Assembly (NCBI GenBank): GCA_027452085.1 | Contig: DAIDHG010000016.1 | Coordinates: forward strand, 1 to 19,713 | From: a bacterium | GTDB taxonomy: Bacteria > Babelota > Babeliae > Babelales > JABCYS01 | Direction: 5' to 3' | Length of the DNA: 19,713 nucleotides | Part shown: positions 1-8,379 of the stretch, one piece after another | Position numbering within the stretch: position 1 is the first letter of the stretch | Layout of the letters: each line of letters starts with the position of its first letter | Program-made: the position numbers and the translations under genes | The notes under the pieces: generated by a model | Told to the model about the DNA's origin: nothing | What the model saw: only the letters and a program-made list of their open reading frames with translations | Databases searched by the model: none

Positions 1-340
1 AATGGAGTGGAATGGGAACTAAGATTGTTGCATCTTTTGTTGGTTTAAATGCCCGTTCAAATACCACCTCCCGTATAATATAGGCCATGCTTTTGGCAGC
101 TATGGGCTGACGATGCAGCTTAGCCATTATTAAGCTGCGTAACGGCTCCTCATATGCGCCAGCTGCATACACGGTAATCGTATATCTGCTGCTTATACGC
201 AAGGCGCACGAAGCAATGGGTTGTATGCGCGCCATACACGCTTGGCACAGTGCAACACCTTCTGGTATATACGCAGAACAATAGGCGCAGATGGGTGGGT
301 AGATGAGATTAAGCGCATGGTGCCAAATATTTTTTATCAT
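1..340 (-). CDS. comF: ComF/ComFC family competence protein (zinc ribbon + phosphoribosyltransferase-like), runs off the left edge
   Basis: Not in the ORF track. Manual translation from ATG at 340 gives MIKNIWHHALNLIYPPICAYC..LCQAC...AAGAYEEPLRSLIMAK...ILVPIPLH with no stop. The YPPxCxxC/CxxC pair and VPIPLH are ComF hallmarks. It starts 1 nt after the pgpA stop. Confidence 0.85.
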   Translation of the reverse strand, partial: MIKNIWHHALNLIYPPICAYCSAYIPEGVALCQACMARIQPIASCALRISSRYTITVYAAGAYEEPLRSLIMAKLHRQPIAAKSMAYIIREVVFERAFKPTKDATILVPIPLH

Positions 341-341
341 G

Positions 342-782
342 CTACGAGGTGATTATGCGCACAACAATATTCGCTAATATACCGGCTGCAATATCATCGA
401 GCATAATGCCCCACGCACCGGCATGCTTTTCAAGTCGCGCGATACCAACAATTTTAAAGATGTCGAAGATACGAAAAAAAATAAATCCAACAACCAGATT
501 GATAGCTTTCATGGGCACACCCATAAACGTAAAAAGGCAGCCAACTACCTCATCTATCACAATCTGGCTCGGATCAGTTACGGCAAAATAGGGCAACGCT
601 CGTTTGCACAGGGCAAAAGCGAGTATAGTCAATGCTATCGTTGTAACACTGTAGCCAACCCACCCGACCTGTGAAAGTGTTATAACAAAAGGAAGGGTGA
701 TTAATGAAGCTAGGGTGCCCGGCGCCGGCAAATACCCAATCGGCCCGAGGGTGCACAATATGCGTATCAACCGAATACCCAT
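342..782 (-). CDS. pgpA: Phosphatidylglycerophosphatase A
   Basis: Motifs APGTxAS, DPSQIVIDEVVG, FRIFDIFK, GIMLDDIAAG; hydrophobic 146 aa. Confidence 0.93.
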   Translation of the reverse strand: MGIRLIRILCTLGPIGYLPAPGTLASLITLPFVITLSQVGWVGYSVTTIALTILAFALCKRALPYFAVTDPSQIVIDEVVGCLFTFMGVPMKAINLVVGFIFFRIFDIFKIVGIARLEKHAGAWGIMLDDIAAGILANIVVRIITS

Positions 783-790
783 GTGTCTTC

Positions 791-1264
791 CTAATCAGGA
801 TGGGCATTTACAGCGATCAGCATAAGCCCAACACCAAATACCACACACATGTCAGCAACGTTGAATGCAGGGAATGTCCAACCTTTATATGAAAACACAA
901 TGAAATCGATCACCCCACGATACATGAAGCGATCAAAAAGATTTGAAACTGCTCCTGCTAGCACAAGCAGCTCGCCAAAGATTAAATGATCACGCTTAAA
1001 TCGATCCCAGGCAAATGAGAGCAAGAATAGAATGAGCGCAATCACTGCACCGGCTATAAGCAGGAAGGTGCCTTCACTATCGCTGCTAAACATGCCCCAG
1101 GAGATACCTCGATTTAATACAAATTCAAATGAAAGGTATTCATTAATGTGGCGCACGCCGTGCAGCTTATCAAGCACCCATGATTTGGTGAGGCGGTCAG
1201 CAGCAATAGCCAACACACCAAGCAGAGCATATCCTACGAGTTCAAATTTTTGACGCAGGGTCAT
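791..1264 (-). CDS. lspA: Lipoprotein signal peptidase (signal peptidase II)
   Basis: NRGISWGMF, GAVSNLFDR, GVIDFI and FNVAD motifs; AAGGGAG Shine-Dalgarno upstream on the minus strand. Confidence 0.95.
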   Translation of the reverse strand: MTLRQKFELVGYALLGVLAIAADRLTKSWVLDKLHGVRHINEYLSFEFVLNRGISWGMFSSDSEGTFLLIAGAVIALILFLLSFAWDRFKRDHLIFGELLVLAGAVSNLFDRFMYRGVIDFIVFSYKGWTFPAFNVADMCVVFGVGLMLIAVNAHPD

Positions 1265-1288
1265 AGCAACTCCCTTTTTGGCGTGGCT

Positions 1289-3613
1289 CTAACGAATCTG
1301 AACACCAAGCCTTTTTACCGCGGCAGCCACGCTGTTTGAAATTGATTCAATTTCATCTTTTTCTAACGTCTTGGTTGAATCCTGAATAATATATCTAAAG
1401 GTCAACGCCTTTTGTTGCTTTTCAAACATATCAATTAAGGCAACTTCAACAATGCGAGCATCCACCTTTTTAATCGTCTCTTCAAGCTCGGCGACGGTAA
1501 CCTCACTTGGCACAAACATGCTCACGTCATGCTTCACGGCCGGGAATTTTGGCAATGGTTGCATGCGTTTTGATGTGGTGTATTGCGCAACGAGCACAGA
1601 AAGATCAAGCTCAAAAAATGCAGCATCGCCCGGCACCAGCCTACTTAAAAACGCTGCATCCACTTTACCAGCAAAACCAAGTAGTTGGCCATTTACGGTA
1701 AGCTGTGCAGCTTGGTATTGATGCAACCAAGGAAATGGATATTTGGAGCGATCAGAAATTTTTGACCAGTCGGCATGCAGATCAAGCTTATTAAACAGCT
1801 CGGTCAACATCTTTTTAAGCTCATAAAAATCAAAGCAATTGTGTCGCTCATAGATAACGGCAGCGACCGTTTTTCGCTCCTCGATTGCCGCACCTTTATG
1901 CCATGTTTTATTGAGCTCATAAAAACGCAGACGATCTTCGGTATGCTCGTTATGCATGACGGCTTTAAATAAACCTGGAACCAATGAATTAACCATCCAT
2001 TGCCAATGCTCAGATACTGGATTTTGAAGCGCAATCTGCTGCTCAACTGTTGGCTGCCACCCAAATTTTGATAAAAACTCGGTATCATACAAAGCATAAT
2101 TGCGCAGCTCATACATGCCATATGAGAATGAGAGGTGGCGCTTCACGATGCGCTTTTTTAATTTTTCAGAAACATTATGCGGCGCAGTGGCGATTGCTGG
2201 AAGCACCGGTGTAATATTGGTATATCCAAAAAAGCGCACAATTTCTTCAATGATATCTTCGGCAATAGCTATATCACGCAAGCGCCAGCTTGGCACGGTT
2301 ATTGCGTAGTGCGTGCCATGGGCAACGTCAACCTTAAATCCAAGGTGCATCAAGATTTCTTTAACACGCTGCGGCGCAATCTCCACGCCAAGTTTCTTCT
2401 CAATGGTTTGATGATCAAGGGTAATTATTGGTGACGCGGTAGATTTACCAAGCGAGGCAAGTGACCCAGAAACTTGAATAGCCAATGGTGAGGTATCAAA
2501 TAAATGCACAAACCGTTGGATGGCATAGGTATTTACCTTTGGATCAACGCCCTTTTCAAAGCGGACTGATGCTTCACTGCGCATTTTTACACGCGCCGCC
2601 GTTTTGCGAATAGTGGCAGAATCAAAGCAAGCAGCTTCGAGCACAATTTGTTGCGAACCAGCATCGATTCCAGAATTGGCTCCGCCCATAATCCCTGCAA
2701 GACCAATCGGGTTTTTGCCGTCGGTAATAACAATATCACCAGTCGTCAATTCGACGACTGTACCGTCAAGCACGGTGAGTTTTTGACCTGTTTGCGCACT
2801 ATCTGCTACTAATTTTTTGCTTGATATTTTTTGCGCATCAAAGGCATGCATAGGCTGACCAAGATCAAACATCACGTAGTTTGTGGCATCGACAATGGCA
2901 TCGATAGGCCGGCCGTCGACACGCGCAAGCCGATGGGCAATAGGCAATAATGATGCTGCTTGCTCTATATGCGGCACATATAAACCAGCAAAGCGTGAAA
3001 CATTCTCATTGTTTATCGCGAACGTAAATGGTCGGGCGGGTGTAGCTGCGGCTTGCGATAGATCTTCTTCTATCGGCAGAGGCGTAATTAATTCATTAAG
3101 ATCTTTTAAGATAAGCCCAAATGTTGCAGCTAACTCGCGCGCAAAACCGCGATGGCTCCACAAATCCCCGCGATGTGTAATGGCATTGTTATCAACGGAG
3201 ATAAGAAAATCTTCATGCTCAAATGATTTTTTCCAATTACCAGGCAAATCTTGATCGACTACATAGATCTGCGGGAATAGCTGACTACCAAACTTAGACT
3301 CGGTAATCCCGGTAACCTCAGGATAGGTTGCCCAGCCGGTGCGCGTGATGAGAAATTGATCGCCATTCTCGGCAGCTCGGTAGGGAAATTCAAAATTTTT
3401 ATTCCATTCTGTTGAGAAAACAGTAGTTGTTGTATCTGCTGTATGGCCAATTACCTGACCAATGGATAGCAGATCTAATGATACATTGATAGGCTCTATC
3501 CGCTCTACCTCAACCGTTGTGGCCGTTAATTGTCGTGCAAGATCTTTGGGTGCAATCTGTTTCCAGTCTGCACCATGGATATGATCAAAAATCCATCTCA
3601 GGGAAAGTTTCAT
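1289..3613 (-). CDS. pheT: Phenylalanine-tRNA ligase beta subunit
   Basis: MKLSLRWI start, THRGDLWSHRGFARELAA, IVDATNYVMFDLGQPMHAFD, LAGIMGG, SEASVRFEKGVDP, VPSWRLRDIAIAEDIIEEIVRFFGY, C-terminal FDX-ACB (KFPAVKHDVS). Confidence 0.96.
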   Translation of the reverse strand: MKLSLRWIFDHIHGADWKQIAPKDLARQLTATTVEVERIEPINVSLDLLSIGQVIGHTADTTTTVFSTEWNKNFEFPYRAAENGDQFLITRTGWATYPEVTGITESKFGSQLFPQIYVVDQDLPGNWKKSFEHEDFLISVDNNAITHRGDLWSHRGFARELAATFGLILKDLNELITPLPIEEDLSQAAATPARPFTFAINNENVSRFAGLYVPHIEQAASLLPIAHRLARVDGRPIDAIVDATNYVMFDLGQPMHAFDAQKISSKKLVADSAQTGQKLTVLDGTVVELTTGDIVITDGKNPIGLAGIMGGANSGIDAGSQQIVLEAACFDSATIRKTAARVKMRSEASVRFEKGVDPKVNTYAIQRFVHLFDTSPLAIQVSGSLASLGKSTASPIITLDHQTIEKKLGVEIAPQRVKEILMHLGFKVDVAHGTHYAITVPSWRLRDIAIAEDIIEEIVRFFGYTNITPVLPAIATAPHNVSEKLKKRIVKRHLSFSYGMYELRNYALYDTEFLSKFGWQPTVEQQIALQNPVSEHWQWMVNSLVPGLFKAVMHNEHTEDRLRFYELNKTWHKGAAIEERKTVAAVIYERHNCFDFYELKKMLTELFNKLDLHADWSKISDRSKYPFPWLHQYQAAQLTVNGQLLGFAGKVDAAFLSRLVPGDAAFFELDLSVLVAQYTTSKRMQPLPKFPAVKHDVSMFVPSEVTVAELEETIKKVDARIVEVALIDMFEKQQKALTFRYIIQDSTKTLEKDEIESISNSVAAAVKRLGVQIR

Positions 3614-3614
3614 A

Positions 3615-4085
3615 TTATATGCGCGCAGTTAAAGGGTATTTTTCTGGATGCTCAAAAATATCAGTGCTCAGATCAACATCCAGATCTGGCCAATAGAGAT
3701 GATGGCCGTGAGTAAACTCAATATTAAAAATTTGACCTAATGTTGCCTTCAGAAACCAAGGATATTTTTCATAGGGTAAGAAATATTCCTTACCGGCAAC
3801 GAGGAGCCAAATACCACGTTGTGATACGTCGAGCACTTCAACGTTATCCTTTTTTGAAGAATTTTTCCAAGCTTTTTTAAACTCATCTGCATTTTCTTCC
3901 GCCACTTTTTGCAACTCACGGAGCTGCCTATCTGATAAGCCACTATAATCTGCCAACGCAATCGTTGGCTCTAACCAAAATTTTGCTTCTCCGTATGGAC
4001 ATTTTACATGCACATGCATGCGGTCCTCTTCTTTTGAGTAGAAATTAATTCGATAGTTCTTATAACGAAGCAACGTAGGAGTCAT
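3615..4085 (-). CDS. DUF4160 + DUF2442 fusion protein (putative toxin-antitoxin pair in one ORF)
   Basis: Residues 1-75 match DUF4160 (PT..R...YR..FYS.EE.RMHVHV....EAKFWLEP...W). Residues about 82-156 match DUF2442 (VEV..VS..GIWL....EYFLPYE.YPWF..AT......HLYWPDLDVDLS......PEKYPL). GAGGA SD upstream. Families recognised from memory, not by search. Confidence 0.82.
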   Translation of the reverse strand: MTPTLLRYKNYRINFYSKEEDRMHVHVKCPYGEAKFWLEPTIALADYSGLSDRQLRELQKVAEENADEFKKAWKNSSKKDNVEVLDVSQRGIWLLVAGKEYFLPYEKYPWFLKATLGQIFNIEFTHGHHLYWPDLDVDLSTDIFEHPEKYPLTARI

Positions 4086-4305
4086 TGATTATCCTCTTAC
4101 TTAAGCTAGCACAGCCGCCACTGACTGGCAATCGCTCAACTCAGGGTAGCAAACCAATATACATTGCAATATATCATGCTGCTACTTCTTATTTTGTTAA
4201 GGTACAAAATGCCGCTTCAGGAAAGTTAAAATTGCTCCTTAACAGCACATCTCTAGCGTTCAAGATTATCGGCGCACTACAATGATGAAACGAGTAAGGA
4301 ATATT

Positions 4306-5268
4306 ATGCCAAAGATTGATGAATTATTGGAAACCATCAGCGCACAATTATCAAAGCGGCACAACCATGCCATTGAGCGCACACAAGATGCTTGGTGGAT
4401 GCTTGAGGCTATCACTGGCAAGAGTGAGGCTCGGCTGCTCGCGCAGCGGGAGGTGCTCCTTACGAGCGAACAACAAGAGACCTTAGATCGCTGGCTCGAT
4501 CTGCATGTGAATAAATATGAGCCACTCCAATATTTAATCGGCTCTACGCCATTTAATGACGTAGAGATTCTATGCGAACCACCCATTTTGATACCGCGAC
4601 CGGAAACTGAAGAATGGGTGATTAACCTCATTGAACTTTTAAACCCGCTTACCAAACAGGTTGCACCGGCACAGCCGTTTAAAATCTTAGATCTGTGCGC
4701 CGGCTCTGGATGCATTGCTATCGCATTGGCGAAAGCGTTTCCTATGTTTCAGATTGTGGCCACTGATATTAACCCACAGGCAATTGATCTGATCAAGAAA
4801 AATATTGAGCAGAATAAAATTCACAATGTAACGATATACAAAGCCGATCTATTTGACGGTATACCCAAAACAGAGCTCTTTGATCTTATCGTTTCTAATC
4901 CGCCGTATATCTCTGAAAAAGATTGGCAAGGATTAGACCCCTCAGTTAAAAACTGGGAAGACAAAGCTGCCCTAACGGGTGGGCCCGATGGATTGGCCAT
5001 TATTAAAAGGATTATTGAAGAAGCAAAATTTTGGCTGCGTGGCATAGAAGAGGTGCCTTCTGTTATGAAACCTCCGTTTATAGTGAAGGATACAATATCA
5101 GATCATGTCACAGAACGCAGCTTGCGTATACCAAAATTAGTAGTTGAGATGGATTATTACCAAGGCCACACCATTCAAGTGTGGCTTGAGTTACATGGAT
5201 ATATAAATATTTCCATAAAAAAGGATTTGGAGGGCAAAGATCGTGTTATCTGCGCTTCGAGAATATAA
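4306..5268 (+). CDS. prmC: Release factor glutamine methyltransferase (HemK/PrmC)
   Basis: EPLQYLIG, LIPRPETE, ILDLCAGSGCIA, DLIVSNPPYI, KDLEGKDR. Start moved from 4282 to ATG 4306 because AAGGA lies just upstream. Confidence 0.95.
   Translation: MPKIDELLETISAQLSKRHNHAIERTQDAWWMLEAITGKSEARLLAQREVLLTSEQQETLDRWLDLHVNKYEPLQYLIGSTPFNDVEILCEPPILIPRPETEEWVINLIELLNPLTKQVAPAQPFKILDLCAGSGCIAIALAKAFPMFQIVATDINPQAIDLIKKNIEQNKIHNVTIYKADLFDGIPKTELFDLIVSNPPYISEKDWQGLDPSVKNWEDKAALTGGPDGLAIIKRIIEEAKFWLRGIEEVPSVMKPPFIVKDTISDHVTERSLRIPKLVVEMDYYQGHTIQVWLELHGYINISIKKDLEGKDRVICASRI
5034..5127. repeat. Candidate in-frame palindromic insertion in prmC
   Basis: Inverted repeat GCTGCGT (5034-5040)/ACGCAGC (5115-5121); direct repeat TGCGT at 5036 and 5123 (87 nt = 29 codons apart); inner arms TTCTGT/ACAGAA. 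Coincides with apparent extra residues before LVVEMD. Confidence 0.45.
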
Positions 5269-5269
5269 C

Positions 5270-5953
5270 GTGTTAAACCTGATACCAACGGTGGATGAAA
5301 CCATAATCGGTATCAACATCACACCACGCACAATTACCTGCAGTTGGATAGAGCCAACACCCTACGCAACATTGCCCTATGAGCTGAAGGCATACAAGCA
5401 TCTGCTCTTTGAGGCGAACGAGAAAAAGGATTTGACCTTGTTTAATCCCACCAAAATGCAATCTCTCATTGATACCTTCTTAGAGCTTAATGATGTGCAT
5501 GACGCTTCTATTGTAATGGCATTATCGGGCGAAGGGTTAGTTGAAAAACAAATTATGCTCGCACGCGCGTCGGCAGATTTGCAATCAGTTGAAGAAAAAC
5601 CGGAACTTACCTCGTGGCATTATTATTGCTTGCAAGACAATCCGAGCGTGCCGAAAAATCCGTGGTATTGTTGCGGCATTTCGCGTGCAATATTGTTGCA
5701 ATATCAACTGCTTGCTATTCAAGCAGAGCTCAATGTAACACAAATTACCACGCCGACTATGGCATTATTAAAAGCCTATCGATATATCAAAAATCAATCC
5801 GGTGCTGCAACCCCGGAGGCACAACCCAAGACAAATATTTTAGATTTCATTAACCTTAACGGCCACGTGAAGATCCGCTCGCCGCATGACCATGCTGCAG
5901 TGGTTGAAAGTTTCGGGTTGTTTTTATTAGGAAGTGAATTGGTTGAAGCATGA
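5270..5953 (+). CDS. Shortened, divergent PilM-like type IV pilus alignment protein
   Basis: IIGINIT resembles the PilM lGiDig strand, YQLLAIQAELNV...PTMALLKAY resembles the aGL.p..vd...AL region, and SFGLFL resembles the C-terminal aiGLAL. Its stop overlaps the PilN start (ATGA). GTG 5270 chosen as start (1 nt after the prmC stop); the track gives 5243. Confidence 0.55.
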   Translation: MLNLIPTVDETIIGINITPRTITCSWIEPTPYATLPYELKAYKHLLFEANEKKDLTLFNPTKMQSLIDTFLELNDVHDASIVMALSGEGLVEKQIMLARASADLQSVEEKPELTSWHYYCLQDNPSVPKNPWYCCGISRAILLQYQLLAIQAELNVTQITTPTMALLKAYRYIKNQSGAATPEAQPKTNILDFINLNGHVKIRSPHDHAAVVESFGLFLLGSELVEA

Positions 5954-6525
5954 AATCTATTAATTTTATCGATCCTGTACCGCCGCATAAACAAAGAGAG
6001 TTACAATTTTGGTTTTACGGATCTGCTTTTTTTATTGTAGCAATTGTTGCCAGCATGGTGATTATTCATTACACGCGGCTACGCGTTTGCAGCACCACCA
6101 TCCAAGAGCTCTCAGAGTTGCAGGATAATAATATTCAATTTGAGCGTTTAAACTCACGCAAAAAATTGCTCTTACAAGAGCAGCAAGATATTAAACATCG
6201 TTTACAATCGCTTGGTACCATGCGACAAAAAAGCGGAGCTGTGCATCGCCTCTTTACCATGTTGGCTCGCACCACGCCACCTGATGTCCGCCTTATGAGC
6301 ATCGAAGGTGAAGTAGGTGGCCGCATTACCATCATTGGTGAAGCATCGGATGCAAAAGCTGCGGTTACCTTTTTAGAACTGCTCAATGCAGCTACCTATG
6401 TTGACGATATGCATTTATCTTCGATTGGTGAGCAGAAGAAAATAACTACCTTTATTTTGCAAGGCACCTGGAAAGATGCCGATGAGTCTGTGCAACAACA
6501 TGAGTTTCCACCAGAATTAGAGTAA
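5950..6525 (+). CDS. pilN: PilN domain protein (type IV pilus assembly)
   Basis: N-terminal INFI (PilN INLLP-like), one TM helix, coiled coil, then LARTTPPDVRLMSI...ITIIGEA.....V.FLELL ferredoxin-like PilN pattern. Confidence 0.8.
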   Translation: MKSINFIDPVPPHKQRELQFWFYGSAFFIVAIVASMVIIHYTRLRVCSTTIQELSELQDNNIQFERLNSRKKLLLQEQQDIKHRLQSLGTMRQKSGAVHRLFTMLARTTPPDVRLMSIEGEVGGRITIIGEASDAKAAVTFLELLNAATYVDDMHLSSIGEQKKITTFILQGTWKDADESVQQHEFPPELE

Positions 6526-6532
6526 GAGTTAC

Positions 6533-8353
6533 ATGCCCCGAATAAAAAAGTTAGCACCAGAAGAAATCAGCAAGATTGCTGCGGGGGAAGTAGTAGAACG
6601 GCCGGCCAATGTGGTCAAAGAGCTTATTGAAAATGCGCTCGATGCTGGTGCTACTGAAATTTCAGTGCACATTGCCAATGGTGGCAAATCAAGCATACGC
6701 ATTATCGATAATGGATGCGGCATGGACGCAGAAGATGCACGTGCTTGTTTTGAGCATCATGCAACCAGTAAGTTAACCTCGGTTTTAGATCTTCATACCG
6801 TACACACCTTTGGCTTTCGTGGCGAGGCACTTTCCAGCATTGCAGCGGTAAGCGAAGTTACGCTGATAACCAAACAGCCAACATCGTTAGAAGGCCTCAA
6901 ACTCTCTCTTGTTGCCGGCGCTGTTAAAACGGAGGAGCTGGTATCCTGCAATACAGGCACCTCAATAACCGTAAACTCTCTATTCTTCAATGTGCCCGCG
7001 CGCAAGAAATTTTTGCGCAGTACGGAAACTGAATGGCATCAAATATCGCAGTTGTTTCAAAGTTTTGCCTTAAACTACCCTGAGATTTCATGGTCGCTGT
7101 ACCACAACGATTCACTGACCCATCGCTGCCCACCGGTACAGGAGCTCAAGGAGCGCCTGGTGCAACTCTGGGGTGACTCAGCCGGCTCCCACGCGATGAC
7201 GGTAATCCACGAATCACATGGTATTCAGATTACCGGTGTTATATCTGATCATCAGTATCACCGATTTGATCGGGGACGCATCTTCTTTTTTGTAAATAAA
7301 CGTTGGGTGAAAAATCAACAACTGGGGCGTGCGCTCATTAAAGGGTATGCCAATGTATTGCCGCAAGGGCAGTATCCATTGGCCTGCATTTCGATCATGG
7401 CACCGGCCACGGAAGTTGATATAAATGTGCACCCAAGAAAAGAGGAAGTGCAGTTTGCGCATCCGCGCATTGTAGAACAGGCAATACAGATGACGACACA
7501 ATCTGCGTTGCAAGAACGCGTAAACCGTCTTATTGGCCCTCGGCCATCCCTTCCAACATTTTCTGATGATGTTTTTTCTGAACATCCTGCTCCCACTATG
7601 ACCAAAGAAAGGTTATTTACCGATCTACCTCCCTCCTATCACCATATACTGCATGCCACACCGGCCGCCAACCAGCAGAATTATATAGCACGATCAAAAG
7701 AATTCGCTGCCCCCTTTTTCAACACTGCAGATTCAGGCGCCACCACGTTTGCGGAGCCACTGCTTTCATTTGAACCGAATAATGTCATAGGCCAATTCAA
7801 TAGCACCTACATTTTGGTGGAGCATACGCAAGGGCTTTTGCTTATAGACCAACATGCAGCGCATGAGCGCATTTTGTATGAACGTTTTTTACAACGCTTT
7901 GACGGGCATGCCGCAACAAAATTGTTGTTCCCCCAGATGGTTCAGTTATCATCAGATGATATTGCAGCGCTGACGCCCTATTTTCCTCTGCTGCAAGAAG
8001 AGGGGATCGAGGCAGAACAGGCTGGCCCGGACCAACTGGTAATCACCGCCCTGCCAATGGCGATTAAGCAACTATCTATTCAGGATCTTTTGGGTGAGCT
8101 TGCAAGCTGGATCCATGAGCACCAACAGCTAGAACCCGCGCAGATTAAAAGTAAAATTATTCACCACATGCGGGCCATGATGGCCTGCAAAGCCGCGGTT
8201 AAGGCCGGCGATTTGTTATCCAACGAGCAGATCAATCAACTATTACATGATCTACAGACCACGCCAAACAGACTCACTTGCCCGCATGGTCGGCCAACGA
8301 GTTGGTTGATTGGGTTGTCAGATATTGAGCGAAAATTTAAACGAAAACTATAG
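6533..8353 (+). CDS. mutL: DNA mismatch repair endonuclease MutL (MutH-independent type)
   Basis: KIAAGEVVERPANVVKELIENALDAG, DNGCGM, TFGFRGEAL, DINVHPRKEEV; endonuclease motifs DQHAAHERILYE, ACK and CPHGRP. Confidence 0.98.
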   Translation: MPRIKKLAPEEISKIAAGEVVERPANVVKELIENALDAGATEISVHIANGGKSSIRIIDNGCGMDAEDARACFEHHATSKLTSVLDLHTVHTFGFRGEALSSIAAVSEVTLITKQPTSLEGLKLSLVAGAVKTEELVSCNTGTSITVNSLFFNVPARKKFLRSTETEWHQISQLFQSFALNYPEISWSLYHNDSLTHRCPPVQELKERLVQLWGDSAGSHAMTVIHESHGIQITGVISDHQYHRFDRGRIFFFVNKRWVKNQQLGRALIKGYANVLPQGQYPLACISIMAPATEVDINVHPRKEEVQFAHPRIVEQAIQMTTQSALQERVNRLIGPRPSLPTFSDDVFSEHPAPTMTKERLFTDLPPSYHHILHATPAANQQNYIARSKEFAAPFFNTADSGATTFAEPLLSFEPNNVIGQFNSTYILVEHTQGLLLIDQHAAHERILYERFLQRFDGHAATKLLFPQMVQLSSDDIAALTPYFPLLQEEGIEAEQAGPDQLVITALPMAIKQLSIQDLLGELASWIHEHQQLEPAQIKSKIIHHMRAMMACKAAVKAGDLLSNEQINQLLHDLQTTPNRLTCPHGRPTSWLIGLSDIERKFKRKL

Positions 8354-8379
8354 AAAAAGCTTTTCAATACAATGTTATC

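Noticed and set aside
3311..3332. Hairpin GGTAACCT-caggat-AGGTTGCC in the pheT B2 region
   Set aside because: An 8-bp stem with a wobble is common by chance, and no insertion boundaries can be defined.
4637..4684. TTTTAAAC/GTTTAAAA inverted repeat with inner CGGC-aca-GCCG in prmC
   Set aside because: AT-rich arms in a naturally variable linker; too weak to call an insertion without an alignment.
7520..7780. Low-conservation Pro/Ala-rich stretch in mutL
   Set aside because: This is the normal variable linker between the ATPase and dimerisation domains; no clear repeat or palindrome.
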